Positions 1-8,552 of a DNA stretch of 64,000 nt are shown one piece after another. This stretch comes from Candidatus Micrarchaeota archaeon (GTDB taxonomy: Archaea; Micrarchaeota; Micrarchaeia; Micrarchaeales; CABMGC01), in contig DAHVMJ010000001.1 of the NCBI GenBank assembly GCA_027319905.1, positions 117,630 to 181,629 on the forward strand, written 5' to 3'. The first letter of the stretch is position 1, and each line of letters starts with the position of its first letter. A program made the translations under genes and the position numbers. The notes under the pieces are model-generated. The model worked only from the letters and a program-made list of their open reading frames with translations. It ran no database searches and was not told the DNA's origin.

Positions 1-1287
1 GCTCTTCCCCTCGACGATGAAGAGCTCTGTTCTGTCCGGGTCGTCCTCGATGCAGTCAGCGAGCTTCCCAGGCAGCACCGCGCTTTCGAATATATTCTTT
101 TTTCTCGCGAGTTCGCGGGCGCGTCTCGCGCTCTCCCTCGCATTCATCGCGCCTATTGCCTTCTCCATTATGCCTCTGGCATCAGATGGGTGTTCTTCGA
201 AGTATCTGGATAGCGATGCGTAGACGCTCGTCTCGACTATGCTCTTCACTGCAGAATTGCCAAGCTTCTCCTTTGTCTGGCCTTCGAACTCGGGGTTGGG
301 CATGAGAACGCTGAGTATCGCGGCAAGTCCCTCTCGCGTGTCGTCTCCGGTGACCTTAACGCCGTTCTTGTTGTTTTTCGCCATGTAATTCACCACCGCT
401 CTGGAGAGACCGCTGTGGAAGCCGACGACGTGGGTCCCGCCCTCTGCTGTCCTTATGTTGTTGACAAATGCTTCCAGGCGCTCATCGTAGGAATTTACGT
501 ACTGCAGAGCGAAGTCTATCACGACCCCGTTATCCTGTTTTCTTTCGTGTATGATGCTTGTGACGCTCTCCTGGTCCTTGTTTATGTACTTCAGAAAATC
601 CTCTATGCCGTTTTCTGAGAAGAACGCCTCCTCTTCGTGGGAATTGAACCTATTATCGACGAGCGTTATTCTGAGTCGCGGATTCAGAAAGCAGAGATAC
701 CTGAGCCTGTCTTTGAGTTGTGCGGAATCAAACCTTGGGGACGGAAAGACCTCTGGGTCTGGTTTGAACCTGACCGTTGTGCCGCTTACCTGTGCCTCGC
801 CCACTGTCTCCAAGCCGCTTGTTGGCGTACCCCTGGCAAACTCCTGCTTGTATAGCTTCCCGTCTCTTGCCACAGATACCTCGGTAAATTCCGAGAGCGC
901 ATTGACTACGGTGAGCCCAACTCCATGCAGGCCTCCGGATATCTTGTACGTATCGTTCGTGAACTTGGCTCCTTTGTGGAGCGTTGTCATGATGACCTCA
1001 ACCGCGCTCTTGTTGAACTTCGGCATTATGTCTACTGGTATACCTCTGCCGTCGTCACTTACCTCAGCTATATCTCCGGTCTCATCTTGGGCGAGCGTTA
1101 TAGAGATGTTCTTGGCGTAGCCGGCCAGCGCCTCGTCTACCGCATTGTCAAGTACTTCGAAAAGAAGATGCAGGGCGCCTGCGCTGCTTGTGGTGCCGAT
1201 ATACATGGCTGGCCTTTTCCTTATTCCCTGCGGCCCCTCAAGCACCAAAATTTTTGATGCGTTATACTCATCCGAATCTTCTGGCAT
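1..1287 (-). CDS. gyrB: DNA gyrase subunit B (3' end runs off the window)
   Basis: Manual translation from ATG at 1287 gives MPEDSDEYNASKILVLEGPQGIRKRPAMYIG, a GHKL region (GGLHGVG) and ...LPGKLADC...ELFIVEGKS at the window edge. Not in the ORF track because it is truncated. Confidence 0.95.
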   Translation of the reverse strand, partial: MPEDSDEYNASKILVLEGPQGIRKRPAMYIGTTSSAGALHLLFEVLDNAVDEALAGYAKNISITLAQDETGDIAEVSDDGRGIPVDIMPKFNKSAVEVIMTTLHKGAKFTNDTYKISGGLHGVGLTVVNALSEFTEVSVARDGKLYKQEFARGTPTSGLETVGEAQVSGTTVRFKPDPEVFPSPRFDSAQLKDRLRYLCFLNPRLRITLVDNRFNSHEEEAFFSENGIEDFLKYINKDQESVTSIIHERKQDNGVVIDFALQYVNSYDERLEAFVNNIRTAEGGTHVVGFHSGLSRAVVNYMAKNNKNGVKVTGDDTREGLAAILSVLMPNPEFEGQTKEKLGNSAVKSIVETSVYASLSRYFEEHPSDARGIMEKAIGAMNARESARRARELARKKNIFESAVLPGKLADCIEDDPDRTELFIVEGKS

Positions 1288-1475
1288 TCTATCCACTGGC
1301 ACCCTGATGGTATAGCTTGCGGTTCAACCATTATAAAGCTTTGTGGGGCATTTTGTCGTCGAAAATTTGACCTCGAAAACGCGCATTTCCCAGGCCCTAA
1401 TGAAATGCATAAATACCTTTCCTGATGCGCAGATGTAATATATTTTTGCTGTGATGTAGTGACAAGGGGAAGCTT

Positions 1476-2801
1476 TTGAAAAAAGAAAAAATAATAATCA
1501 TGGGGGCTGCGGGGCGCGATTTCCATCAGTTCAACACGCTGTTCAGGAACAACCCGGGCTATGACGTGGTTGCGTTTACCGCAACGCAGATCCCTTTCAT
1601 CTCGGACAGGAGATACCCAAAAGAGCTTAGCGGCAGGCTCTATCCCGAGGGCATCAAGATATACGATGAGTCGGAACTGCCTGCGCTGATAAAGAAGTTT
1701 GGAGCAGACGTCTGTTCGCTGGCGTACAGCGATCTGCCATATCAGACGGTGATGGAAAAGGGCAGTCTGGTCAACGCGAATGGGGCAAACTTTGTGCTCT
1801 TTGCGCCTGAGCTGCAGATGCTCAGATCGAAGAAACCGGTAATAGCCATATGCGCGGTAAGAACCGGAAGCGGGAAGAGTCCGACAACCAGGTACGTGTC
1901 GAAACTTCTAAGAGAACTTGGTGTCAGGGTAGCAATAATAAGGCACCCGATGCCCTATGGCGACCTGAGGGAACAGATAGTGGAAAGGTTCGCAACGTTG
2001 AAGGACCTGGACAAGTACAAGACCACCATAGAAGAGCGGGAGGACTATGAACCTCACATAAGGAACGGTTTTGTTGTGTATGCTGGAGTGGACTACGAGA
2101 AGATACTCAGGCGTGCCGAGAAGGAGGCAGACGTCGTGATATGGGACGGTGGTAACAATGACGCATCGTTCATAAAACCGGACCTGATGGTAACCGTGGC
2201 TGACCCCCTGAGAGCCGGAGACGAACTCGCCTACTACCCAGGGGAGACTGTTGCCAGAGCCGCAGATATACTTCTTATAAACAAGGTGAACTCGGCCAAA
2301 AAGAGCGATGTGGAGAGAGTAAGGGCCAATCTGAGAAGCATAAACAGCAAGGCTAAGATACTGCTTGCAGATTCAGTGGTAAGCGTGGACAACGAACGGA
2401 TAATAAAAGGGGCCAGCGCGCTTCTTGTGGAGGATGGCCCAACAATAACCCACGGGCATATGCGCTTCGGCGCTGCCACGGTGGCGGCAAAGCAGTTCGG
2501 ATCTGGACGAATTGTGGATGCTAAGAGGTACGCGGTGGGCACCATAAAGGACACGTTTGGGAGGTACCCGGAGCTGGACAAAGAGTTGCCCGCTATGGGC
2601 TACAGCTTGAAGCAGATAAAGGACCTTGAAGCCACGATTAACAGAGCTGACTGCGATATTGTTATCTCGGCAACACCGACAAATCTCAGACGCCTTGTAA
2701 ACGCAAACAAACCCATGGTGCAGGTATCGTACGAGATAAGCCCGCACGGAAAGGAATTTGATTCTTTAATAAAGAGGTTTGTAAGAACAAGGGTGAAGTG
2801 A
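1476..2801 (+). CDS. Predicted P-loop GTPase, cyclic 2,3-diphosphoglycerate synthetase-like (COG2403-type)
   Basis: GAAGRDFH, AVRTGSGKS, RHPMPYG, TIEEREDYEPH, WDGGNND and LPAMGY motifs. Confidence 0.85.
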   Translation: MKKEKIIIMGAAGRDFHQFNTLFRNNPGYDVVAFTATQIPFISDRRYPKELSGRLYPEGIKIYDESELPALIKKFGADVCSLAYSDLPYQTVMEKGSLVNANGANFVLFAPELQMLRSKKPVIAICAVRTGSGKSPTTRYVSKLLRELGVRVAIIRHPMPYGDLREQIVERFATLKDLDKYKTTIEEREDYEPHIRNGFVVYAGVDYEKILRRAEKEADVVIWDGGNNDASFIKPDLMVTVADPLRAGDELAYYPGETVARAADILLINKVNSAKKSDVERVRANLRSINSKAKILLADSVVSVDNERIIKGASALLVEDGPTITHGHMRFGAATVAAKQFGSGRIVDAKRYAVGTIKDTFGRYPELDKELPAMGYSLKQIKDLEATINRADCDIVISATPTNLRRLVNANKPMVQVSYEISPHGKEFDSLIKRFVRTRVK

Positions 2802-2811
2802 CCCTTATTTT

Positions 2812-2886
2812 GGGCTCGTAACTCAGATTGGTCAGAGTGGCTGGCTCTTAACCAGCAAGTCGAGGGTTCAAATCCCTCCGAGCCCG
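2812..2886 (+). tRNA. tRNA-Lys(CTT)
   Basis: Acceptor stem GGGCTCG/CGAGCCC, anticodon arm GCTGG-CTCTTAA-CCAGC, T-loop TTCAAAT. Confidence 0.97.
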
Positions 2887-2892
2887 CGATGC

Positions 2893-3444
2893 TTAGTAAG
2901 GAGTAAAACTGATCTGCGAATCGACCATCTTACGGTAGAATGCCTCATCGGCCGTATCTTCTTTGGGCCTTATCAAAAGATGATCGAACCCAGTCCAGAT
3001 GGTGAACCAACTTGCTGGCGTTAATACGATCTCTATTGCGTCTTTTGTCAGCGCGCTGAGAATGCCGGTTGAAGTCAGAAGCACATCTGTGAGACCTATC
3101 GCTGCGCCGGCGATGATAAGAAGCGCAGCCTGTTTGCGGCGCCTTGAGGCGTCGTCCTTTATCAGCCTGTAGTGCTTCCTGAAGTGGTTCCTGAGCCGTT
3201 GTTTTATAAGTTCCTCGTCAGTCATGTTTCTTGCTGCTTTTGGTATCAAGAACATCAGTTCTGTGCCTGCGCCTTTGTCCAGCGCGGCTTTTTTGGCCGC
3301 AGCAAGGAAGTCTTCCGAAAGACTGCGCACAGTGTAGGGTCTTGGGTCGAAGTCAGAGAACAGATCGTCATACGTATCTAGCACAAGGCTTATCTCTGCC
3401 TTGTCTATAAGGCTCTTTATGCCTATCTTTGCAACGTCTCCCAT
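2893..3444 (-). CDS. Hypothetical membrane protein (2 C-terminal TM segments)
   Basis: 183-aa ORF with LDTYDDLFSDFDPRP segment and two hydrophobic helices. Confidence 0.75.
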   Translation of the reverse strand: MGDVAKIGIKSLIDKAEISLVLDTYDDLFSDFDPRPYTVRSLSEDFLAAAKKAALDKGAGTELMFLIPKAARNMTDEELIKQRLRNHFRKHYRLIKDDASRRRKQAALLIIAGAAIGLTDVLLTSTGILSALTKDAIEIVLTPASWFTIWTGFDHLLIRPKEDTADEAFYRKMVDSQISFTPY

Positions 3445-3515
3445 GACCGATATTCGATATTTGTGTTTTTAAGCCTGAGAGGCGCGGAGCGCCATATGGT
3501 ACGGCATTCCGTATG

Positions 3516-3632
3516 TTTAAATATCAGAAGAGGCATAGTATAGGATAGGCGACACTGGTATTATCAGAATAACAACCAATTCAGTGCATTCTGCATAAAA
3601 AGACGTTATTTAAATATAAGAAGAGGCATAGT
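3516..3632 (+). repeat. 24-bp direct repeat containing a TATA-like box (tandem promoter-like units)
   Basis: TTTAAATATCAGAAGAGGCATAGT at 3516-3539 and TTTAAATATAAGAAGAGGCATAGT at 3609-3632 (one mismatch). Confidence 0.85.
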
Positions 3633-3703
3633 GTTAGTTGCGGAAAGAAGCACAAATAGTCTACTTACGTGGTGCTGCTTGAAGCGGCTATGAAGGAATA
3701 ATC

Positions 3704-4030
3704 GTGGACGGCGTAGAAGCTACAAAGGAGCTACAAAACAAGATAACTGAGCACGTGGTGTTCGCTCTGTTTGAGAGCGGGCCTGCAAGGCCCCTGAGCT
3801 TTGGCGAGTTGGAACACAAAACAGAGGCTTCAAGAGGAAGCCTAGCCGTCGTGCTGACAGAGATGCGAAGACCTCCCCTGCCGCTCGCGGAGGTGGTCTG
3901 GGAGGGAGGGGAGAGGAAACTTGGCCTAACACAGGAAGGCACGCTTCTTGCAAGAGACCTCTTGAACTCTAAGAAGGTGAGGAGGGAACTAATGGCGGTG
4001 CTAACACACCAGCCGAAGCTGAAGGCGTAG
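3704..4030 (+). CDS. Hypothetical protein, probable winged-helix DNA-binding fold
   Basis: 108 aa; PLSFGELEHKTEASRGSLAVVLTEM HTH-like segment and LTQEG wing motif. Confidence 0.55.
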   Translation: MDGVEATKELQNKITEHVVFALFESGPARPLSFGELEHKTEASRGSLAVVLTEMRRPPLPLAEVVWEGGERKLGLTQEGTLLARDLLNSKKVRRELMAVLTHQPKLKA

Positions 4031-4056
4031 TGGTTATTTATTTGTGTGGTGCTCAA

Positions 4057-4800
4057 ATGAATAAAAAAACTGGTCGTGGAAAGATGCCAAGTGGCAAGAA
4101 GGCTAATTCTAGGGCTTCTGGGAGGAGTTCCGCAAGGAAGAGCGGAGTCAGAAAGCACGTAATGAGTGCCGGGGAGAAGCAGGCAAGACTGGAGGCTAGA
4201 CGGGCGCTGCGACTCAAGGAGCAGAGAAAGGTTCTGAGAGAGCAGGTCAAACAGGCGGCCGCAGCGGCAGAAACTGAAAGGGTAAGAGTTGACGGGCTTC
4301 TTGGCAACACAGTTTTCTCCGATTTTATATCCAAGAATGTGGGCAAGAAAGCAATAAACGTAATAAAGATGCTCAACGCGCCCCAGACGGATGAGAAGAT
4401 TGCAGCAGAGCTGAACGTCAAGATTAATGAGGTAAGGCGTATTCTCAACGTACTGGACAGCTATGGCGTGGCCAGGTACGACACGAACAAGGACAGCAAG
4501 GGCTGGCTTACCTTCATGTGGTACCTTGACGGTGAGAAGCTCACAGAACTACACGAGAGTGCGATCAACTCAAAACCGGAGAGCGCGTACAAGCTGCCAG
4601 ATAACTGCAACGATTTCTTCTATTGCGGCAGGTGCTATGAGGAGGCGAAGGTCATACTGCCGTTCGACGCTGCTTACGAGACGCATTTCAAGTGCGAGGG
4701 CTGCGGCAAGCCGCTCAAACAGCTGAGCAAGGAAGAGGCCAGGGCGCTGTTCGACGAAGAAAGCGCAAAGAGCGCTAGTGCCGTGAGCACGCCAGCATAA
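4057..4800 (+). CDS. tfe: Transcription initiation factor E alpha (TFE) with basic N-terminal extension
   Basis: TDEKIAAELNVKINEVRRILNVL wHTH, GWLTFMW, Zn ribbon CGRC...FKCEGCG; start codon uncertain (4057 or 4084). Confidence 0.9.
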   Translation: MNKKTGRGKMPSGKKANSRASGRSSARKSGVRKHVMSAGEKQARLEARRALRLKEQRKVLREQVKQAAAAAETERVRVDGLLGNTVFSDFISKNVGKKAINVIKMLNAPQTDEKIAAELNVKINEVRRILNVLDSYGVARYDTNKDSKGWLTFMWYLDGEKLTELHESAINSKPESAYKLPDNCNDFFYCGRCYEEAKVILPFDAAYETHFKCEGCGKPLKQLSKEEARALFDEESAKSASAVSTPA

Positions 4801-4849
4801 ACGCCCGGCATTTAACCTTTTTATACGTTGGCTGGTTATCGTTTAGTAT

Positions 4850-4945
4850 AGCGAGGTAGGGTAGCCTGGAGTACCCGTCGGGCTCATAACCCGAAGATCG
4901 GAGGTCCAAAAGAGAAACCAGTCTCTGGAACTCCTCCCCTCGCTA
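4850..4945 (+). tRNA. Initiator tRNA-Met(CAT) with a 21-nt intron at non-canonical position 59/60 (4911-4931)
   Basis: A1-U72 acceptor AGCGAGG/CCTCGCT, three G-C pairs in the anticodon stem, CAT anticodon; T-loop interrupted by a perfect bulge-helix-bulge. Confidence 0.93.
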
Positions 4946-5080
4946 TGTTGATAGGGGGTTCAGTTCCACAAATCGCGCGCTTAGTATAGCTATATGTATC
5001 TATATAGATACAACTTAAAGGTAAGGTTAATAAAAAGTCAGAGAGATTAATACTGGAACTAAACCGTCATTGGTGTTTGC

Positions 5081-5560
5081 CTGCCGTTTGCTGTTTCATC
5101 CGAAACGTTGTTTTCTATACTCCAGCAGGAGAAATCAGCAGGAGAGCTGCAACCGCTACAGCATGACTTCTATGCGCTTGCTGACAGGTTTATTTCAACT
5201 CTTGGCGAAGAGCAAACGCCAGAGAGCAACCGCGTCACGGATAACGCGCGGAAAATACTAGTATCGCTGAAGGAGAGAAGGAAACAGAAAATACTTCTCT
5301 ATATCGCGTACAGCAAGCCCCTGCCGGCATCGGTTCCAGAAGAGGAGGAGAACATATACAACGAAATCTTCCAGATACTCAACAGAACAGGTAACTCCCC
5401 GAAGATAGCGAGGCTCAAGATAACATCCGACATTCCGGAGGTGCTCACATCGGGCGGCAGGAAGATAGGGCCGTACAAACAGGGCGAGATCGTAGAAGTT
5501 TCCGACACCGGCGACGCAGACTTCATCATAAAGAACAGGATAGGGGAGACAACGGCATAG
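5081..5560 (+). CDS. DNA replication complex GINS subunit (Gins51/15-like)
   Basis: QQEKSAGELQPL..DFY, ERRKQKI, C-terminal B-domain IGPYKQGEIVEV; conserved position before rpl44e. Start is CTG 5081 or TTG 5108. Confidence 0.75.
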   Translation: MPFAVSSETLFSILQQEKSAGELQPLQHDFYALADRFISTLGEEQTPESNRVTDNARKILVSLKERRKQKILLYIAYSKPLPASVPEEEENIYNEIFQILNRTGNSPKIARLKITSDIPEVLTSGGRKIGPYKQGEIVEVSDTGDADFIIKNRIGETTA

Positions 5561-5567
5561 TGATTTT

Positions 5568-5849
5568 ATGAAGATAGAGAACCAGATAATGACCTATTGC
5601 CCTTACTGCAACAAGCACACTCTGCACAAGGTCTCAAACTACGGCAAGGGCGCTGCGCGCGGGCAGAGCATAGGAACAAGGAGGCACAACAGGGCGATCA
5701 GAGGCTACACAGGCAGCGCGGAACTCAGGCTGATAACGAAGAAACTCGCCAAGAAGCAAAAGGTCATACTCAAGTGCACGGTCTGCGGCAAATCAATAGA
5801 GAGGGTCTTTGGCGGACGATCGAAGAAGAAGATAGAAGTCAAGAGGTGA
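5568..5849 (+). CDS. rpl44e: 50S ribosomal protein L44e (eL42)
   Basis: TYCPYCNKHTLHKV ... LKCTVCGK. Confidence 0.97.
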   Translation: MKIENQIMTYCPYCNKHTLHKVSNYGKGAARGQSIGTRRHNRAIRGYTGSAELRLITKKLAKKQKVILKCTVCGKSIERVFGGRSKKKIEVKR

Positions 5850-5880
5850 TTGCACGATACTGCAGAAAGAACTCCCGGCG

Positions 5881-6609
5881 ATGGGAGAGATCATACTAGT
5901 AAACGTAACCAAGATAATGCCACACGGCGCCTACTGCGAGCTTGTGGAGTATAAGGCCGACGCCTACCTTCCGATAAGCGAGGTCGCTTCTGGGTGGATC
6001 AAGAACATACACGAGTTCATCAAAGAAGGCCAGCGCGACGTGGCAAAAGTAGTCTTCGTCGACCCGAACAGGAAAGCGCTCGACGTCTCCCTGAAGAAAG
6101 TCACCTCAAAGGAGAAGAAAGACAAGATAAACGATTACAATCTCGAGAAGCGTGCAGAAAAATTCTTCACGCAGGCGGTGCAGGCGGCGCACAAGGAGAG
6201 CAAGATAGAGGAGATCAAGAGCAAGGCGGCGCAGACGGCGCCCACATACTCTGAGCTGCTCGACTTAACAGCGGAGGGCAAGTTGCCCGAAAAGGCGCTG
6301 GACGCTGACGTGCTGAAGGCGTTCGAGGAAATAGTAGCAAAGAACGTCAAGCCCAAGGAATACGAGGTGGGTTACTCTCTTGAGCTGCGCGCGGTCAACA
6401 AGAAGGGAAGCATAAGCACGATAAAGAAGGCGTTCTCTGAGATCGAGGCACTGGGTGTGGATGTGCTGTACGAGGGTGCGCCACACTACAAACTTTCGGC
6501 AAAAGGCCCCAGCTATCCTGCCGTCGAGGGGCAGATCAAGAAAGCCGAAGAGACGCTGGAGAAATATAAGGGAGTTCTGACCATAGAGATTAAAAAACGA
6601 GAGGCATGA
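5881..6609 (+). CDS. eif2a: Translation initiation factor aIF2 alpha subunit
   Basis: S1 domain HGAYCELVEY...SEVASGWIKNI, C-terminal GAPHY; true start probably about 21-24 nt upstream. Confidence 0.95.
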   Translation: MGEIILVNVTKIMPHGAYCELVEYKADAYLPISEVASGWIKNIHEFIKEGQRDVAKVVFVDPNRKALDVSLKKVTSKEKKDKINDYNLEKRAEKFFTQAVQAAHKESKIEEIKSKAAQTAPTYSELLDLTAEGKLPEKALDADVLKAFEEIVAKNVKPKEYEVGYSLELRAVNKKGSISTIKKAFSEIEALGVDVLYEGAPHYKLSAKGPSYPAVEGQIKKAEETLEKYKGVLTIEIKKREA

Positions 6610-7376
6610 AGGAGACAAAAATATACTACAAAAAGACAAAGCTCAACACACCAATACTCTTTGTCGGCCTGCCTGGCATAGGCAGCATAGGCAGCCTGGT
6701 GGCAGATCACCTAAGGAAGGAACTGAAGGCGGAGAAGTTCGCAACTCTCTACTCGCCGCACTTCCCCTACCAGATACTTATGCTCAAGAACGGCACCTTC
6801 AGACTCGTGAACAACAGATTCTTCTGCGCCAAGGGCGGAAAGGGCAGAAGCGACATAGTCATACTCATTGGCGATGCACAGCCGCTCACCCCAGAGGGGC
6901 AGTACGAGGTAAACGAGAAGATAGTCGAGTTCTTTAAACAGCTAGGCGGCAGCGCAATCTACACTATCGGGGGCTTCAGCATGGGAGCCCACTACGTGAA
7001 GACACCGAAGGTCTACGGCCTTGCTACCGACGCGCAGACGATGAGCCAGATCAAGAAGCTCGGAGTGACACCGACAGACGCAACAGGCATGTCCGTGCTT
7101 GGTTCCGCGGGCATGATAGTCGCCTTCTCCAAGAAGCACAAGATAAACGCTGCGTGCATAATGGGCGAGACCGGAATGCTCGACGTCGATGCAAACTCTG
7201 CCAAGGCGGTGCTGCAGGTAATCGGGAAGCTGATCGGCAAGGAGATAAGGCTGGGCAGCATAGAAAAGCTTAGCGGCGAGACAGAGAAGATGCTCGGCGA
7301 GCTTGCCGATCTTAGGCAGCCTCCAGCCCCTCCAGAGCCTGGTCAATTCAAAGGCGACCCCAGCTACATCAGGTAA
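6606..7376 (+). CDS. PAC2-family proteasome assembly chaperone
   Basis: GLPGIGSIG, LYSPHFP, CIMGET and C-terminal SYIR; conserved context after aIF2alpha. Confidence 0.9.
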   Translation: MKETKIYYKKTKLNTPILFVGLPGIGSIGSLVADHLRKELKAEKFATLYSPHFPYQILMLKNGTFRLVNNRFFCAKGGKGRSDIVILIGDAQPLTPEGQYEVNEKIVEFFKQLGGSAIYTIGGFSMGAHYVKTPKVYGLATDAQTMSQIKKLGVTPTDATGMSVLGSAGMIVAFSKKHKINAACIMGETGMLDVDANSAKAVLQVIGKLIGKEIRLGSIEKLSGETEKMLGELADLRQPPAPPEPGQFKGDPSYIR

Positions 7377-7437
7377 GTGGGTGCGGGCAGAGGCCCCTCC
7401 CCCGATTTTATATGCCTTTTTAGCGTCTGTTCTATGC

Positions 7438-7508
7438 GCGCCAGTAGTCTAGTGGCCGGACACGAGCTTCCCAAGCTCGAAACCCGGGTCCGATTCCCGG
7501 CTGGCGCA
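7438..7508 (+). tRNA. tRNA-Gly(CCC)
   Basis: Acceptor GCGCCAG/CTGGCGC, anticodon arm CGAGC-TTCCCAA-GCTCG; T-loop reads TCCGATT. Confidence 0.93.
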
Positions 7509-7524
7509 TGTGGTTTTATGAAGG

Positions 7525-8472
7525 TCATATACGACCTGTCGCGCCAAGCCTCGCTTTTATGATTTCGAGTTTCTGAAGAAACTCCGGCCCTTCCCCGCTC
7601 TTTATCTGTTCGCCGTCGGCTTTTCTCAGCTCCAGGCCAGCAGAAGCGCACGCTTCCTCAACCGTCGATCCGCGCAGCAGCGCAGCCACGGCCGCCTGGT
7701 CCTTGTTTGACAGCATCGCCGAGTTCAGCGCGAAATCCTCAAAAGCCTCATACGCCACAGGCACGATTACCTTGGTCATGTCGGCCATTGTTACAGCGTA
7801 CTGCCTTATCTCCCACTGAGCATGCGCGTCAAGTCGGAGAGAAAGGAAATGCATCAGGTTGTGCAGGTCTATCTTCCAGTACCACTCTGTGTAGAAATTA
7901 ACTGGCAGCACGGTTCTGGCGAGTTCTCGCGCAAGCCCCCGCTCCACAAGCCCATTGTACAACGCGTAGCTAGCATCCGAATGCGCAATTATCTCGTTAC
8001 GCATCCGTTCCTTCGTCTCGATGCTCCATCCTTTCTCTTCTCTGCCCTGCCTGTTGCTGGTTGACTGCGCCTGTATCGCTTCAAGAGGAGGTACGTAGTA
8101 TTCTTTTATAGCAAGGGAGTAGCGTTCCGAGTATTCATTCAAACTCGCGGTTCTGTGCCTTACCCACTGCCTGGCGACGAATATGGGCATCTTTGCAAGA
8201 AACTTCGCCTCTACCATCTCAAACGGCGTGGTGTGATGGTGTCTCAGGAGATATCTTATCAGCCCCTTATCATCCCTCAGAGTCTTGGTTCCAGCGCCGT
8301 ACGACACCCGCGCAGCCTGCACGATGGCGTCGTCATTTCCCATGTAGTCCACAAGCGTCACAAAACCATGGTCCAGTACAGGCCTCCTCACTCCTATTAT
8401 TGCGTCAGCGGCAGGCACCGCAATCCTGCTCATTGGTATCTCCTGCTCCTTCGCGTTCTTGTCGGATATCAT
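7525..8472 (-). CDS. thyX: FAD-dependent thymidylate synthase
   Basis: HTTPFE, FVARQWVRHRTASLNEYSERY (RHRx7S motif), HAQWEIR. Confidence 0.97.
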   Translation of the reverse strand: MISDKNAKEQEIPMSRIAVPAADAIIGVRRPVLDHGFVTLVDYMGNDDAIVQAARVSYGAGTKTLRDDKGLIRYLLRHHHTTPFEMVEAKFLAKMPIFVARQWVRHRTASLNEYSERYSLAIKEYYVPPLEAIQAQSTSNRQGREEKGWSIETKERMRNEIIAHSDASYALYNGLVERGLARELARTVLPVNFYTEWYWKIDLHNLMHFLSLRLDAHAQWEIRQYAVTMADMTKVIVPVAYEAFEDFALNSAMLSNKDQAAVAALLRGSTVEEACASAGLELRKADGEQIKSGEGPEFLQKLEIIKARLGATGRI

Positions 8473-8552
8473 TGTCTCTGCCTTTTTCTCTTCGAATCGG
8501 GTGGGAGGCTATTTATAACCAAAAATTGCAAAAGTTTCCTCCTGTAAACTGC

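Noticed and set aside
17..1526. Plus-strand ORFs over gyrB and the many other antisense or overlapping ORFs in the track
   Set aside because: They are shadows of well-supported genes on the opposite strand or in another frame, with no recognisable motifs.
3516..3632. 24-bp repeat pair as a mini-CRISPR
   Set aside because: Only two copies, a 69-bp gap, TATA-like content and no cas genes; better explained as promoter duplication.
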